Origin: an uncultured Gammaproteobacteria bacterium
GTDB taxonomy: Bacteria; Pseudomonadota; Gammaproteobacteria; Magnimaribacterales; TMED112
Assembly (NCBI GenBank): GCA_913020145.1
Contig: CAJWAI010000001.1
Span: forward strand, 1,130 to 65,129
Direction of reading: 5' to 3'
DNA length: 64,000 nucleotides
Of this stretch, positions 18,045 through 28,140 are shown piece after piece. The stretch's first letter is position 1, and each line of letters starts with the position of its first letter. The translations under genes were made by a program, and so were the position numbers. The notes beneath the pieces are model-generated. The model was not told where the DNA came from and did not search any database. It saw only the letters and a program-made list of their open reading frames with translations.

Positions 18045-18451
18045 GGAATATCCACTTTAGAAAATACTCTAATATTATTTTTAACAAACCAATCTCTGTT
18101 CATTTCAATTGCACTAACAATATCATTATTTCTAGAGCAAACTGAATCTGTACTATAAGGTTCAAGATCCCTTATTTCTACAATCATCTGGTTAGAGTTA
18201 ATAAATGCAATTGATAATTTGATAGACGTATTTTTCATCCACATACATCTTTGATCTGCATCAGGCCATAGGAATATCATGCCCTCATCTTGATTAAGGA
18301 CTCTTATTCCCATTAGGCCTTTAGCACGTAATTCGTGAGTGTCAGCAACTTGTAAAAAGATCTTTTTATTAGCTATAGAAACAGATATTTCTTTTGAACT
18401 TAAGTTAAGTGATATTACTGCGAAGAGTAGAAATAGTATTCGAATAATCAT
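18041..18451 (-). CDS. DUF192-family secreted protein
   Basis: I trimmed it to the ATG at 18451, giving the signal peptide MIIRILFLLFAVISLNL. The DUF192-like block is GLMGIR...DEGMIFLW...MWMKNT. It still overlaps the rpe 3' end by 47 nt. Confidence 0.6.
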   Translation of the reverse strand: MIIRILFLLFAVISLNLSSKEISVSIANKKIFLQVADTHELRAKGLMGIRVLNQDEGMIFLWPDADQRCMWMKNTSIKLSIAFINSNQMIVEIRDLEPYSTDSVCSRNNDIVSAIEMNRDWFVKNNIRVFSKVDIP

Positions 18452-19064
18452 CTGTATTAAAAATTGCTGAACCAAGAACAAATGTATCAGCTCCTGCTTC
18501 AGATACAATACTTATATTTTCAGGATTTATACCTCCATCAACTTCTAACCTTACTTTGTTCGATGTTTTATCAATAAGTTTTCTTACATAAGAAATTTTT
18601 TCAATTACAGTATCAATAAATTTTTGACCCCCAAAACCTGGATTAACTGACATGAGCAAGACTAAATCAATGTCTTCCAGATACTGTTCAGCAACTGTAA
18701 CTTCTTCTTCTGGATTTATAGCAATTCCTGCCTGACAGCCTAAATCTTTTATTTTATTTATAGTTTCTGAAACATTTGCGGTAGCGTTGGGATGAAATGA
18801 AATTAAATCCGCACCAGCATCAGCAAACATTTTTACTAAATTATCAACCGGCTCAACCATTAAATGAACATCAATAAAATCTTTAATTCCGAATTCTCTT
18901 AATGATTTACAGACCATAGGGCCAATTGTTAAGTTTGGGACGTAATGATTGTCCATTACATCGAAATGTATCCAATCTGCTCCAGCATCTAGAACACTTC
19001 TAACTTCGTCTCCGAGTTTTGCAAAATTTGCTGAAAGAATTGAGGGAGCAATTATTTTATTCAC
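18405..19064 (-). CDS. rpe: Ribulose-phosphate 3-epimerase
   Basis: Motifs include IAPSILSANFAKLG, HFDVMDNHYVPNLT, MSVNPGFGGQKF and VDGGI. Confidence 0.96.
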   Translation of the reverse strand: MNKIIAPSILSANFAKLGDEVRSVLDAGADWIHFDVMDNHYVPNLTIGPMVCKSLREFGIKDFIDVHLMVEPVDNLVKMFADAGADLISFHPNATANVSETINKIKDLGCQAGIAINPEEEVTVAEQYLEDIDLVLLMSVNPGFGGQKFIDTVIEKISYVRKLIDKTSNKVRLEVDGGINPENISIVSEAGADTFVLGSAIFNTDDYSNTISTLRSNIT

Positions 19065-19701
19065 TGTTTAATAATTCTAAGGTATCAATACTTCCAACAT
19101 CATACCAATTAATATCTAGAATATCTGCTTTTAAATTTCCGCTCTTAGCTATTTTTAATAGGCAATCATGCCAATAGTGAAAAGACTTTTCCTCTATATT
19201 ATTAAATAATTTTGCATTAATAATGCTAAATCCTGTCCAAGTGTAATCCTTATCATCGCTGACTTTAACTTTTCCTGATTTTATAGAAAAATCACCTTCT
19301 TGCTCTTTATCTGATAGTACAGAAAAAACAGTAGGCGAAGAAAAATTATTAAAATAAGAATAATCTAGATTACTGTATATATCTGAATTGATAACAAGAA
19401 AGTCATCTTGATCAAAATGCTTAACAGCATTTTTTATACCTCCCCCGGTTCCTAATATATTTTCTTCATGACTAAATATTATATCTATCGCATCAATATA
19501 TTTTGCAGATACATGATTTATTATTTTTTCTGCTAAATAATGAACGTTAATCACTATTTTTTCGCAGCCAATAGCGATGAGCTTATCTATATGAAAATCA
19601 ATCAAAGCTTTGCCTTTGACCTCAATTAATGGTTTTGGAGTATCTTTAGTTAAATTTCCTAAACGCTTTCCGTAGCCTGCGGCGAGAATCATCGATTTCA
19701 T
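19057..19701 (-). CDS. murU: Sugar-1-phosphate nucleotidyltransferase, probably N-acetylmuramate-1-P uridylyltransferase
   Basis: The N-terminal motif is MILAAGYGKRLGNLTKDTPKPLIEV. It is paired with an upstream kinase and sits next to lptD, like the Pseudomonas amgK-murU locus. Confidence 0.7.
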   Translation of the reverse strand: MKSMILAAGYGKRLGNLTKDTPKPLIEVKGKALIDFHIDKLIAIGCEKIVINVHYLAEKIINHVSAKYIDAIDIIFSHEENILGTGGGIKNAVKHFDQDDFLVINSDIYSNLDYSYFNNFSSPTVFSVLSDKEQEGDFSIKSGKVKVSDDKDYTWTGFSIINAKLFNNIEEKSFHYWHDCLLKIAKSGNLKADILDINWYDVGSIDTLELLNSE

Positions 19702-20660
19702 AATAATTTCTCTATGATATGAATTTCATCCGTAAATTTTAAAGAGCTCAAACCTAAGTGAATTCTCTTAATAAATTTATCAATATCATCTTTCCTATTT
19801 AGCAATTTGCCTTGCTTATTAAAATCATTTAATAAAGCAACACATCGCATTGATCTATGTGTTAAGACTTGCTTAGTTAAAATATCAGCATCTTTAGCAT
19901 TAAGTCCAAGTCCATTTCTTTCGCAATGCTTTTGTAATAGTTCATTAATCAGGTCTTCTGGATAATCAAAATCATGTTCATAAAGTAAAGAAGCTAAGTC
20001 CATTCCCATTGGTCCAACATTAAGATCTTGAAAATCAATAATATAAATTTGCTCTTTAAAGTAGATAAAATTTCTTCTCTCAAAATCATTATGAGTTGGC
20101 AGAAATGGTTGGCTCATAATCAGCTCAACAAGTTTTTTTCTAAGAGCATTTATTAAGGTGATGTCATCTTTGCTAAGAATTATATTTCTATCTTTAAAGA
20201 TATCTAAAAAATTGCTAGTTTGCTTAAAAAGATCATCATATGAAAAGGCTTTAAGGACATCTTGGTCTACAGAGTAAATTAAGGCTAATTGATCTAAAGC
20301 TTGCTCTAAAACTATTTTATTATCTAATTTTTTATGGGTATCTAGAGTTACATCACCTAAATCTTCCTGCAACATAAAACGTAAATCCTCTGAAAATGCA
20401 TAAATCTCTGGAACTCTAACAGAATTATTTTCTAGTAATTTTGCTGCATATAAAAATTTTGCAGCAGATGATCCAGAGGCTGCAAAGTTTTGTTCAGGAG
20501 CTTCTTTTGATTGAATAGCCAGTATATAGCTTTGGTCGTTTGTAGTTATTCTATAGTAGCTTCTGCTGCTGGCTTCTTGTCTTAATGGTGAAATTGTATA
20601 CTCGTCACTGCCAGTAGTGCTTTTTATCCAATTAGCCGCTTCTTCTAAATCTTTTTTCAA
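19698..20660 (-). CDS. amgK: Aminoglycoside-phosphotransferase-fold kinase, probably anomeric MurNAc/GlcNAc kinase
   Basis: The APH-type catalytic region is THNDFERRNFIY...IIDFQD. It overlaps murU by 4 nt, and the lptD-adjacent synteny is conserved. Confidence 0.65.
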   Translation of the reverse strand: MKKDLEEAANWIKSTTGSDEYTISPLRQEASSRSYYRITTNDQSYILAIQSKEAPEQNFAASGSSAAKFLYAAKLLENNSVRVPEIYAFSEDLRFMLQEDLGDVTLDTHKKLDNKIVLEQALDQLALIYSVDQDVLKAFSYDDLFKQTSNFLDIFKDRNIILSKDDITLINALRKKLVELIMSQPFLPTHNDFERRNFIYFKEQIYIIDFQDLNVGPMGMDLASLLYEHDFDYPEDLINELLQKHCERNGLGLNAKDADILTKQVLTHRSMRCVALLNDFNKQGKLLNRKDDIDKFIKRIHLGLSSLKFTDEIHIIEKLL

Positions 20661-21514
20661 CTATCTTTTACTATCTTAGGAACAGGATATGCATGCTCAG
20701 GAACAAAAAAATCAGGTATTAGATCTTGAAATGGATAATCTGCATATTTTCTAAAGTCTGTCTCTCCATGTTCAGCTAAAAGCGAATCATCTATAATAAA
20801 ATTCCCCGTAAATTTATCCGCACCCTTATTTAAAATAATATGAGCTGCATCAGCCATTATTGCCGGGCTTCTAGATTTATTATAAATTTCATCTCCGCCT
20901 AAAACATTAGCAACTGCTGCTGTTTTGATAGCTGTTCGTGGCCATAATGCATTTACAGCTATTTTTCCTTCAAATTCTGCAGCCATACCTAAAACACACA
21001 TGCTCATATTAAATTTAGCTATCGTATAAGCCACCGTATCTTTGAACCATTTTGGGTTCATGTCTAACGGTGGCGAAATATTTAGAATATGAGGATTAGA
21101 AGATTTTAATAAGTGTGGAATACATAATTTACTAGTTAAAAATGTTCCTCTGCCATTTATATTATGCATTAAATCATATCTCTTCATATCAGTGTCTACT
21201 GTCCCAGTTAGATTTATTGCAGATGCATTATTAATGCAAATATCTATGCCGCCGAATTCATTAACAGTTTTCTCTACACTATCTAAAATACTTTCTTCAT
21301 GCCTAATGTCACACTTCAAAGGCAAACACATGCCCCCTGCTTCTTCAATTTCTTTTGCAGCGGTATATATAGTGCCTGCTAGTTTTGGATGAGGTTCTGT
21401 AGTTTTTGCAGCAATAGCTACTTTTGCTCCATCTTTTGCAGCTCTAAGTGCAATTTCGAGACCAATTCCTCGACTCCCACCAGTCATAAAAATAATTTTA
21501 TCTTTAAGGCTCAT
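20657..21514 (-). CDS. Short-chain dehydrogenase/reductase, HSDL2-like subgroup
   Basis: I trimmed it to MSLKDKIIFMTGGSRGIG at 21514; the track extension would overlap the lptD start. The blocks AAKTTEPHPKLAGTIYTAA and YTIAKFNMSMCVLGMAAEF resemble hydroxysteroid-dehydrogenase-like 2 proteins. Confidence 0.75.
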   Translation of the reverse strand: MSLKDKIIFMTGGSRGIGLEIALRAAKDGAKVAIAAKTTEPHPKLAGTIYTAAKEIEEAGGMCLPLKCDIRHEESILDSVEKTVNEFGGIDICINNASAINLTGTVDTDMKRYDLMHNINGRGTFLTSKLCIPHLLKSSNPHILNISPPLDMNPKWFKDTVAYTIAKFNMSMCVLGMAAEFEGKIAVNALWPRTAIKTAAVANVLGGDEIYNKSRSPAIMADAAHIILNKGADKFTGNFIIDDSLLAEHGETDFRKYADYPFQDLIPDFFVPEHAYPVPKIVKDS

Positions 21515-21555
21515 AAAACTTTTTCCATTTATATAAGTCTTATAATAACAAGCAT

Positions 21556-23433
21556 ATGTTAAAAGTTCATAATTGGTTTTTATTAATAACTCTATCAATT
21601 TCATCTCTTATTAATTCGGAATGTCATGATGAGAAAACAGCAGGTAGTCTAGAAATTAAAAATGGACAAATGGAAGTTGGGGATAATGGCATTATTAAAT
21701 TTGAAAGTGCTATAACAACAGAAGAAAAATTAGAGCTAAAGAATGTAGAAGTAACTACTTGTGCAGAAAGTTCAGTTTGGAGCTTAGGAGCAGAGAATGC
21801 AACATTCAATGAGTCAAACAGAGATCTAACTATAGAGAATGCAAAACTAAAGATCTTTAACTTGCCTGTTTTTTGGATAGGAGAAGTTTCTTTAAATGAA
21901 AATGATAGTTTTAGTGTTCCTAATCTAGGTATAACTAATTCAAGTCTAGATATAAGCTATAAATTCAAAAATACGACAGAAAATAGTCTTTTTAAGGTAG
22001 AACCAATTTATTCAGATTCTTCACTGGGATTATCTTTAAGTTATGAATATGACGACGATAAGAATAATTTAGAATTTGATAGCTTAACTATGGGAGATGA
22101 TGATAGTTCATGGGCATATAATCTTGATGCACAAATTAACTTTAATGATTTCATATCTTTGGATGTAGATTATTCTGATTTCAGTGGTAATTCATTAATA
22201 CAGAATTATGGTTACAGGTATCTTGATTTAAAAAGACGAAGCTTAGATCTAAAACAGTCTCTAGGTCTTTCTATGATTTATGAAAATAGAAATTTTTTAT
22301 TTTCTTCAGATAGTTTTAAAAATATAGGTTCCTTAAGACCAGTATCACATTCAAAAGATTTCTTTTTATATGAAAGATTTTATTCAGTATATGGTTGGGA
22401 CTTAGAAATAAGCTCAGAATATGCAAAGTTTAAAAGTAGTATCCCTTCAAGCTTAAGTATGCCTTATCAAATATTTAATCAAGTAGATCGAACAGTAAGA
22501 AATATAACGCTAAGTAAATCATTCTCTGGTAATCAATTTGATCATGAGTATGAATTTCTTGGTTCAAGAAGAGAATATGATATCAATGATTCAGATGAGA
22601 CGCTTAACATAAACGACTTTTCTTTTAGACAGTCTTTTTCATTGCTTGAAGATAGGAGTTTAAAAATTGGCTATATTTGGTCTACCTTTTCAGATCAGTA
22701 TGAATTGCCATTATTAGATTCTTACCCTATTAACCCATCTCCTGAATCTAATATCTCGTTAAACCCATGGGTAGGAAAAGATCGTGATGCAAATATGAGA
22801 AAAGTATTTGTATATAAAAAAGGTATGAATAAACACTTTAAATATTCAATAGCTACAAATTTATATGAAAAATATAATTACGACCTTGAGAATATGATTT
22901 TCAAAAAGTTTTTTAATAAGAAACCTATATTTTTCTCGCTATCTACAAATAACAAAAATTTTAATTTCTTTACGATGGGCAATTATAGTTATGAAAAGAA
23001 AAAATTTATGGGTTTAATGGGTGGTTTTAGATATATGGATGAAAAAACAAAATTCTCCATAGCAAAAAATAAAATAGTTCCATCAAGCTATCCTTTAAAA
23101 AGTCTTGATAATTATATAGTTAAGTTTAAAAGGGATTTTAATTCTTTTACCATTTTCTCCAGAGCTCAATATGCTAAAGAAGATAAAAGCTTAAATGAAA
23201 ATATCTTAGGGGTTGAATGGGCATATGATTGCTTAAAGCTAAGAGTAAGTTTTGAAAGAGCTAAATTCTTTCCATTTCTTGATTCTGACTATACTTCTGT
23301 GCCATATGCAGAACATATATATTTGACTAATCCAAAAGTAAAAAATAACCTTAGTTTTGAATTTGAACTTATTGGACTATCAAATCTCTTAACTCCAATA
23401 GATAATATTATTGAATATGGTTTATTTAATTAG
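21556..23433 (+). CDS. lptD: LPS-assembly outer-membrane protein LptD (short form, 625 aa)
   Basis: The position upstream of surA-pdxA-rsmA-apaH fits. Blocks match E. coli LptD: VEVTTC...WSLGAENATF...KLKIFNLPVFW aligns to YTSC..WSISGSE..FKVGPVPIFY, and the C-terminal LGVEWAYDCLKLRVSFER...LSFEFELIGLSN aligns to LGVQYSSCCYAIRVGYER...IGFNIELRGLSS. Confidence 0.8.
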   Translation: MLKVHNWFLLITLSISSLINSECHDEKTAGSLEIKNGQMEVGDNGIIKFESAITTEEKLELKNVEVTTCAESSVWSLGAENATFNESNRDLTIENAKLKIFNLPVFWIGEVSLNENDSFSVPNLGITNSSLDISYKFKNTTENSLFKVEPIYSDSSLGLSLSYEYDDDKNNLEFDSLTMGDDDSSWAYNLDAQINFNDFISLDVDYSDFSGNSLIQNYGYRYLDLKRRSLDLKQSLGLSMIYENRNFLFSSDSFKNIGSLRPVSHSKDFFLYERFYSVYGWDLEISSEYAKFKSSIPSSLSMPYQIFNQVDRTVRNITLSKSFSGNQFDHEYEFLGSRREYDINDSDETLNINDFSFRQSFSLLEDRSLKIGYIWSTFSDQYELPLLDSYPINPSPESNISLNPWVGKDRDANMRKVFVYKKGMNKHFKYSIATNLYEKYNYDLENMIFKKFFNKKPIFFSLSTNNKNFNFFTMGNYSYEKKKFMGLMGGFRYMDEKTKFSIAKNKIVPSSYPLKSLDNYIVKFKRDFNSFTIFSRAQYAKEDKSLNENILGVEWAYDCLKLRVSFERAKFFPFLDSDYTSVPYAEHIYLTNPKVKNNLSFEFELIGLSNLLTPIDNIIEYGLFN

Positions 23434-24664
23434 AACATTAGCTATCTTGCTCCTAGCAAGCTCAACTTATTCACAAGATTTAGATAGGATCGCTGTGATA
23501 GTAAATGACGGGGTAGTTCTAGAGTCAGATATTCAAATTAAGATAAATGACTATAAGAAAAATGCTGCCTTAGATGGATTAAATATACCTCAGGACTCAA
23601 TTCTTCGGGAGATGATAGTTGACCAACTTATTTTAGAAGAGTTGCAATTACAGATTGCAGATCGAGTAGGTATAAAGATTAGTGATGAGGAGCTTAATTT
23701 AACAATAAAATCTCTAGCACAACAAAATGATCTTACACTGGAAGATTTTATTAAGTATGTTGGAGAAAGAGGAGATTCTTACGCTCGACTCAGAGAGGAA
23801 GTAAAGAGAAATTTAAAGATAAGAAGAGTGCAACAAGGTAGCATACAAAACAAAATTTCAATTACTCGAGAAGAAGTTAATAGCTTCCTTAAGACTGAAG
23901 AAGCTTTAAATCAACTTGGTCCTGAACTAGATGTAAAACAAATACTAATAAAAAAAGGATCAAATAAAGATATTGATTCAATCTATGAAGAAGTACTCCT
24001 TGGTTTAGGTAACGGTACTAATTTCAGTGAGTTCGTAGTTATGTATTCAGAAGACAACAATCAAGGAGATTTAGGTTGGAGAAAAATTACAGGCTTTCCA
24101 GAATTATTTAAATCACCGATTAGTCAATTAAAAATTGGTCAGGTTGCAGAGCCAATAAAAAGTGGGGCTGGGGAACACATTCTATATTTGGAGAATAAAA
24201 GAGGTCCAACAGTTACATTTGAAAAACAATGGAATGTTAGACATATTCTGCTAATACCAAACAGAATACGTACTGAAACTGATAGTGAAGATAAAATCAT
24301 TGAAATAAGGGAGCAAATAATTAATGGTGCTTCTTTTGCAGATTTAGCAGCTGAGTTTTCAGACGATCCAGGCTCTAAGCAAGAAGGTGGAAATCTTGGT
24401 TGGGCTGGCGAAGGTCTTTATGCTCCAGAATTTGAAGAAGCTATTAAAAAATCAAATTTAAATGAAATAACAGAGCCTTTTTTAACTGAATTTGGTTGGC
24501 ATATCCTCGAAGTTCTTGGAACTAGGGTTGAAGATAAAACTGATGAAAGAGTTAAAGACCAAGCTTTTTCTTATCTATTCAATAGAAAGTTTGAAGAAGA
24601 ATTGGAATCACATTTACAAGAATTAAGAGCAGAAGCTTTTGTAGAAATAAAAGAATTTGATTAA
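23411..24664 (+). CDS. surA: Periplasmic chaperone / peptidyl-prolyl isomerase SurA
   Basis: It has a signal peptide and a SurA_N-like region (DRIAVIVNDGVVLESD). Two parvulin domains are present, marked by GDLGWRK and GGNLGWAG...GWHILEV. Confidence 0.9.
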   Translation: MNMVYLIRTLAILLLASSTYSQDLDRIAVIVNDGVVLESDIQIKINDYKKNAALDGLNIPQDSILREMIVDQLILEELQLQIADRVGIKISDEELNLTIKSLAQQNDLTLEDFIKYVGERGDSYARLREEVKRNLKIRRVQQGSIQNKISITREEVNSFLKTEEALNQLGPELDVKQILIKKGSNKDIDSIYEEVLLGLGNGTNFSEFVVMYSEDNNQGDLGWRKITGFPELFKSPISQLKIGQVAEPIKSGAGEHILYLENKRGPTVTFEKQWNVRHILLIPNRIRTETDSEDKIIEIREQIINGASFADLAAEFSDDPGSKQEGGNLGWAGEGLYAPEFEEAIKKSNLNEITEPFLTEFGWHILEVLGTRVEDKTDERVKDQAFSYLFNRKFEEELESHLQELRAEAFVEIKEFD

Positions 24665-25592
24665 GAACCAAATAGTTGTCTCATTAGGAGAACCATCAGG
24701 CATAGGTCCAGAAGTATTCTTAAAAGCAATCTTTGAAACTAGTTTAAAAGAACAGCTAGAACTTATAACCGTAGTTGCTTCAAAAAAAGTTATACAAAAT
24801 GTATCTCAAGAACTTAATTACCATAAAATCAATTCTTTAAAAATAATAGAAGTAAATCTAGATTCAGAGTTCATTCTGGGTAAGCCAAATATAAAGAATG
24901 CTCCTTATGTTATTGAGTGTTTAAATAAAGCAGTAGACCTTGCCCATAAAGAAAAGATTTCGCTTGTTACTGGGCCTATAAATAAAAAGGTAATAGCTAA
25001 TACAATATCTGGATTCTCAGGTCATACAGAATTCTTAAAAGAAAAATTTGATTGTGAAGATGTTCTTATGCTTCTTGCAAATAATTCGCTAAAAGTTGGA
25101 GTAGCTACAACACATGTAGCTTTAAAAGATGTTCCTAAAATGATTTCAAAAGATCTAATCAAAAGAAAATGTAAGTTATTAAAAAAAGGTCTGAAAGACA
25201 TGTATGGTTTAGAAGCACCTAAAATTGCTGTCTTGGGATTAAATCCACATGCAGGAGAAGATGGTTCATTTGGCATAGAAGAAATTGATTCTATAAATCC
25301 TGCAATTGCTGATCTAAAGAAAGAAGGTTTAGATATAGTTGGTCCAATATCTGCAGATACTGCATTTATCAATGGGAATTATGATGCTTATCTGTCGATG
25401 TATCACGATCAAGCACTTCCAGTTTTAAAAACTTTAGATTTTCATCATTCAGTAAATATTACGCTTGGATTACCATTTCATAGAATATCTGTAGATCATG
25501 GAACAGCAGAAGATATAGCCCCTAAATTTATTGCTGACTATACAAGTATGCTTGAAGCTTTAAAATTGGCAGGTAATGGCAATATCACATAA
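24657..25592 (+). CDS. pdxA: 4-hydroxythreonine-4-phosphate dehydrogenase
   Basis: Motifs include SLGEPSGIGPEV, GHTEFL, GLNPHAGE and MYHDQ. Confidence 0.93.
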   Translation: MIKNQIVVSLGEPSGIGPEVFLKAIFETSLKEQLELITVVASKKVIQNVSQELNYHKINSLKIIEVNLDSEFILGKPNIKNAPYVIECLNKAVDLAHKEKISLVTGPINKKVIANTISGFSGHTEFLKEKFDCEDVLMLLANNSLKVGVATTHVALKDVPKMISKDLIKRKCKLLKKGLKDMYGLEAPKIAVLGLNPHAGEDGSFGIEEIDSINPAIADLKKEGLDIVGPISADTAFINGNYDAYLSMYHDQALPVLKTLDFHHSVNITLGLPFHRISVDHGTAEDIAPKFIADYTSMLEALKLAGNGNIT

Positions 25593-26337
25593 AAAAAGTC
25601 TTGGACAAAATTTTTTGAAAGATAATCTTTATCTTGAAAGAATTATCAATAGCTCTGGGATAGAAGATAAAAAAAATGTTATTGAAATAGGCTCAGGAGA
25701 TGGAGCTCTGACAGAATATATACTTGAAAAAACAGAAAAACTAATTGCCTATGAGATTGATAAAGGTCTTGTAGATCTTTTATGCAAAAAATTTGAGGGT
25801 CATAATGTGAATTTTATTAATAAAGATTTTCTTAGTGTAGATTTACATGAAATTAATGATTCTTCATTAATTATTATGGGGAACCTTCCATATAATGTCT
25901 CTTCTCAGATAATATTGAATATTCTTGAATCAAATATCAAATATGAACATTGTATTTTTCTAATACAGAAAGAGCTTGCTCAAAGATTTTGTCCAGATAC
26001 TAAATCATCAAAAATATCGATAATTGCTGAGTTTTTTTGCGACTTTGAAATCTTATTTGATGTTCCACCAGAAGCTTTCTATCCAGAACCAAAAGTAAAT
26101 TCTTCTTTAGTAAAAATTAAAAAGCATGATCGATTTAATGACAAAAAAGATAGCTTCATTTCTTTAAAGCGAATTTTATCTTTATGTTTTGCAAACCCTA
26201 GAAAAAAGATTAGCAATCCCTTAAAAAATATTTTTGATGTCATGCCTAAATTTTCATTTGATATGAACTCTCGGCCAGAAGAACTTGTGATACAAAACTA
26301 TTTTGAAATACTTAGTAGATATGAAGAGCAAATCTAA
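25576..26337 (+). CDS. rsmA: 16S rRNA (adenine1518/1519-N6)-dimethyltransferase
   Basis: Motifs include KKSLGQNFL, EIGSGDGALT and GNLPYN. Confidence 0.93.
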   Translation: MAISHKKSLGQNFLKDNLYLERIINSSGIEDKKNVIEIGSGDGALTEYILEKTEKLIAYEIDKGLVDLLCKKFEGHNVNFINKDFLSVDLHEINDSSLIIMGNLPYNVSSQIILNILESNIKYEHCIFLIQKELAQRFCPDTKSSKISIIAEFFCDFEILFDVPPEAFYPEPKVNSSLVKIKKHDRFNDKKDSFISLKRILSLCFANPRKKISNPLKNIFDVMPKFSFDMNSRPEELVIQNYFEILSRYEEQI

Positions 26338-27139
26338 ATTTGTAATAGGTGATATTCAAGGCTGTTATAAAGAGTTTAAGAGCCTTTTAAAACTTATTGA
26401 TCCAAATAAAGAAAATAAATTCTTTTGTGTTGGGGATCTAGTTAATAGAGGCCCAGAATCAGAGAAAGTAATTGAATACGTGCTAGAAAATAAAATAAGG
26501 AGCGTCTTGGGTAATCATGATTTACATTTGATGGCCATATTAATGGGTGTGAAAGAACATAATGATAAAAAAGATACAATGCGTAAAATCCTCAATAAGA
26601 ATAAGTCAATTGAGATAATTGAGCATCTATTAACGTTTCCTTTTGCTAAAGTCCTTTCTCATCAAAATAAAAAATCATTAGTGGTACATGCTGGAATACT
26701 TCCAACCTGGTCACTTAACGATGTCTTAGCAGCTAATGATGAGTTAATAATCTCTTTAAAAGCAGATCCTGAAAAATTTCTTTCCACAATGTATGGAAAT
26801 AGAAGAAAAGCAATATCTAAATCAACGAATAAAAAAAATAGAAGAAGATACTTAGTGAATGTTTTTACCAGAATGAGATTTATAACCAGTAGAAATAAAT
26901 TAGATTTACAAACCAAAATTAAAAAAACCTCTAAAGAACAGTATCAGCCTTGGTTTTCATATAAACATAAATCATTAAAAGAGCTCGATAATATAGTTTT
27001 TGGACACTGGGCAGCCTTAAATGGAGTAACTAATCATAATAAAATTAAAGGTGTTGATTTAGGTTGTGTCTGGGGCGGCTCTTTAGCAGCAATTAACGTT
27101 AATGATAAATCCATAATCACGGTTGATTCAGTCAAATGA
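26321..27139 (+). CDS. apaH: Bis(5'-nucleosyl)-tetraphosphatase, symmetrical
   Basis: Motifs include [21 protein letters not shown] and GHW. An alternative start lies at 26303. Confidence 0.9.
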   Translation: MKSKSKFVIGDIQGCYKEFKSLLKLIDPNKENKFFCVGDLVNRGPESEKVIEYVLENKIRSVLGNHDLHLMAILMGVKEHNDKKDTMRKILNKNKSIEIIEHLLTFPFAKVLSHQNKKSLVVHAGILPTWSLNDVLAANDELIISLKADPEKFLSTMYGNRRKAISKSTNKKNRRRYLVNVFTRMRFITSRNKLDLQTKIKKTSKEQYQPWFSYKHKSLKELDNIVFGHWAALNGVTNHNKIKGVDLGCVWGGSLAAINVNDKSIITVDSVK

Positions 27140-28140
27140 GAATTTATAAAGTTGGTGGTGCAGTAAGAGACAAGTTAATGGGTCTTCAACCTAAAGATAA
27201 TGATTGGCTAGTTGTTGGCGCATCAGTCTTAGAAATGGAAAAGATAGGATTCCAGAAAGTTGGAAAAAATTTTCCTGTATTTCTCCACTCAGAAACAAAA
27301 GAAGAATATGCATTAGCCAGAAAAGAATCAAAAACTGGTAAAGGTTATAAGGGTTTTAAATTTGATTTCTCTCCTGATGTTACCCTTGAGGAAGATCTAA
27401 AAAGACGAGATCTTACTATAAATGCAATAGCAGAAGATCAAGATGGAAAACTAATTGACCCTTATGGAGGAAAAAAAGATATCGAAGCAAAAATTTTAAA
27501 GCATGTATCAGAGAGTTTTTTTGAAGACCCCCTCAGAGCCCTAAGAGTCGCTAGATTCTATGCTCAATTTGAAGATTTTTCTATTCATCCTGATACAGAA
27601 GATGCTTTACAAAAGATTTCTGAAACAAAAGAGCTAAAAGAACTTAGCAAAGAACGTGTTTGGCTAGAAACAGTGAAGGGTTTAGAGCTAAATTTTGAAA
27701 GATTTTTATATATTATAAAAAAATTCAGTCTGGATATGCCCTGGTATGATGAATTAAACGTTATACCTAACATAACTTCTAGTAACCCAAATATAAAATG
27801 GTGCCAAGTTTCAGAAAAAAATAATTTTAGATTTGCAGAGAAATTATTAACATCAAACTCTATTAAACGAACCTTGGAAATCTGGTCTCAAATTTCTAGA
27901 TTTGATACTACTTGCTCCAAAGAAGAAAAAATAAGTTTCTTTAAATTAATGTCATCACAAAACTACAAAAAAGAAATATCTGAAGTGTTAGAATGCTTTC
28001 CACAGTTAGATAACTATATTTCTAAAATATTAAATGACTATGCTGATGTTAATTTTGAATATTTAAACGATTTAAGTTCTAATGAGATAATTGATGCAAA
28101 GAATAGAGAATTAAAAAGGGTCATAGAGAAAAATGGATAA
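27136..28140 (+). CDS. cca: tRNA nucleotidyltransferase (CCA-adding enzyme), short form without a recognisable HD domain
   Basis: The N-terminal 200 aa are colinear with E. coli Cca: [54 protein letters not shown]. The C-terminal part has no H...HD...D motifs. Confidence 0.85.
   Translation: MRIYKVGGAVRDKLMGLQPKDNDWLVVGASVLEMEKIGFQKVGKNFPVFLHSETKEEYALARKESKTGKGYKGFKFDFSPDVTLEEDLKRRDLTINAIAEDQDGKLIDPYGGKKDIEAKILKHVSESFFEDPLRALRVARFYAQFEDFSIHPDTEDALQKISETKELKELSKERVWLETVKGLELNFERFLYIIKKFSLDMPWYDELNVIPNITSSNPNIKWCQVSEKNNFRFAEKLLTSNSIKRTLEIWSQISRFDTTCSKEEKISFFKLMSSQNYKKEISEVLECFPQLDNYISKILNDYADVNFEYLNDLSSNEIIDAKNRELKRVIEKNG

Noticed and set aside
20657-21604. The full-length 315-aa version of the SDR gene
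   Set aside because: The first 30 residues precede the Rossmann TGGSRGIG motif by too much and would overlap the divergent lptD start. It was trimmed to 21514.
25022-25372. Long antisense shadow ORFs inside well-supported genes. Examples are 25022-25372, 44738-45052, 49378-49704, 49919-50224, 53411-53704, 9629-9925, 1913-2164, 6137-6406 and 43144-43404.
   Set aside because: All lie opposite strongly conserved coding regions. They have S/F/L/I-rich low-complexity translations typical of the reverse frame of AT-rich genes, and they show no motifs and no RBS.
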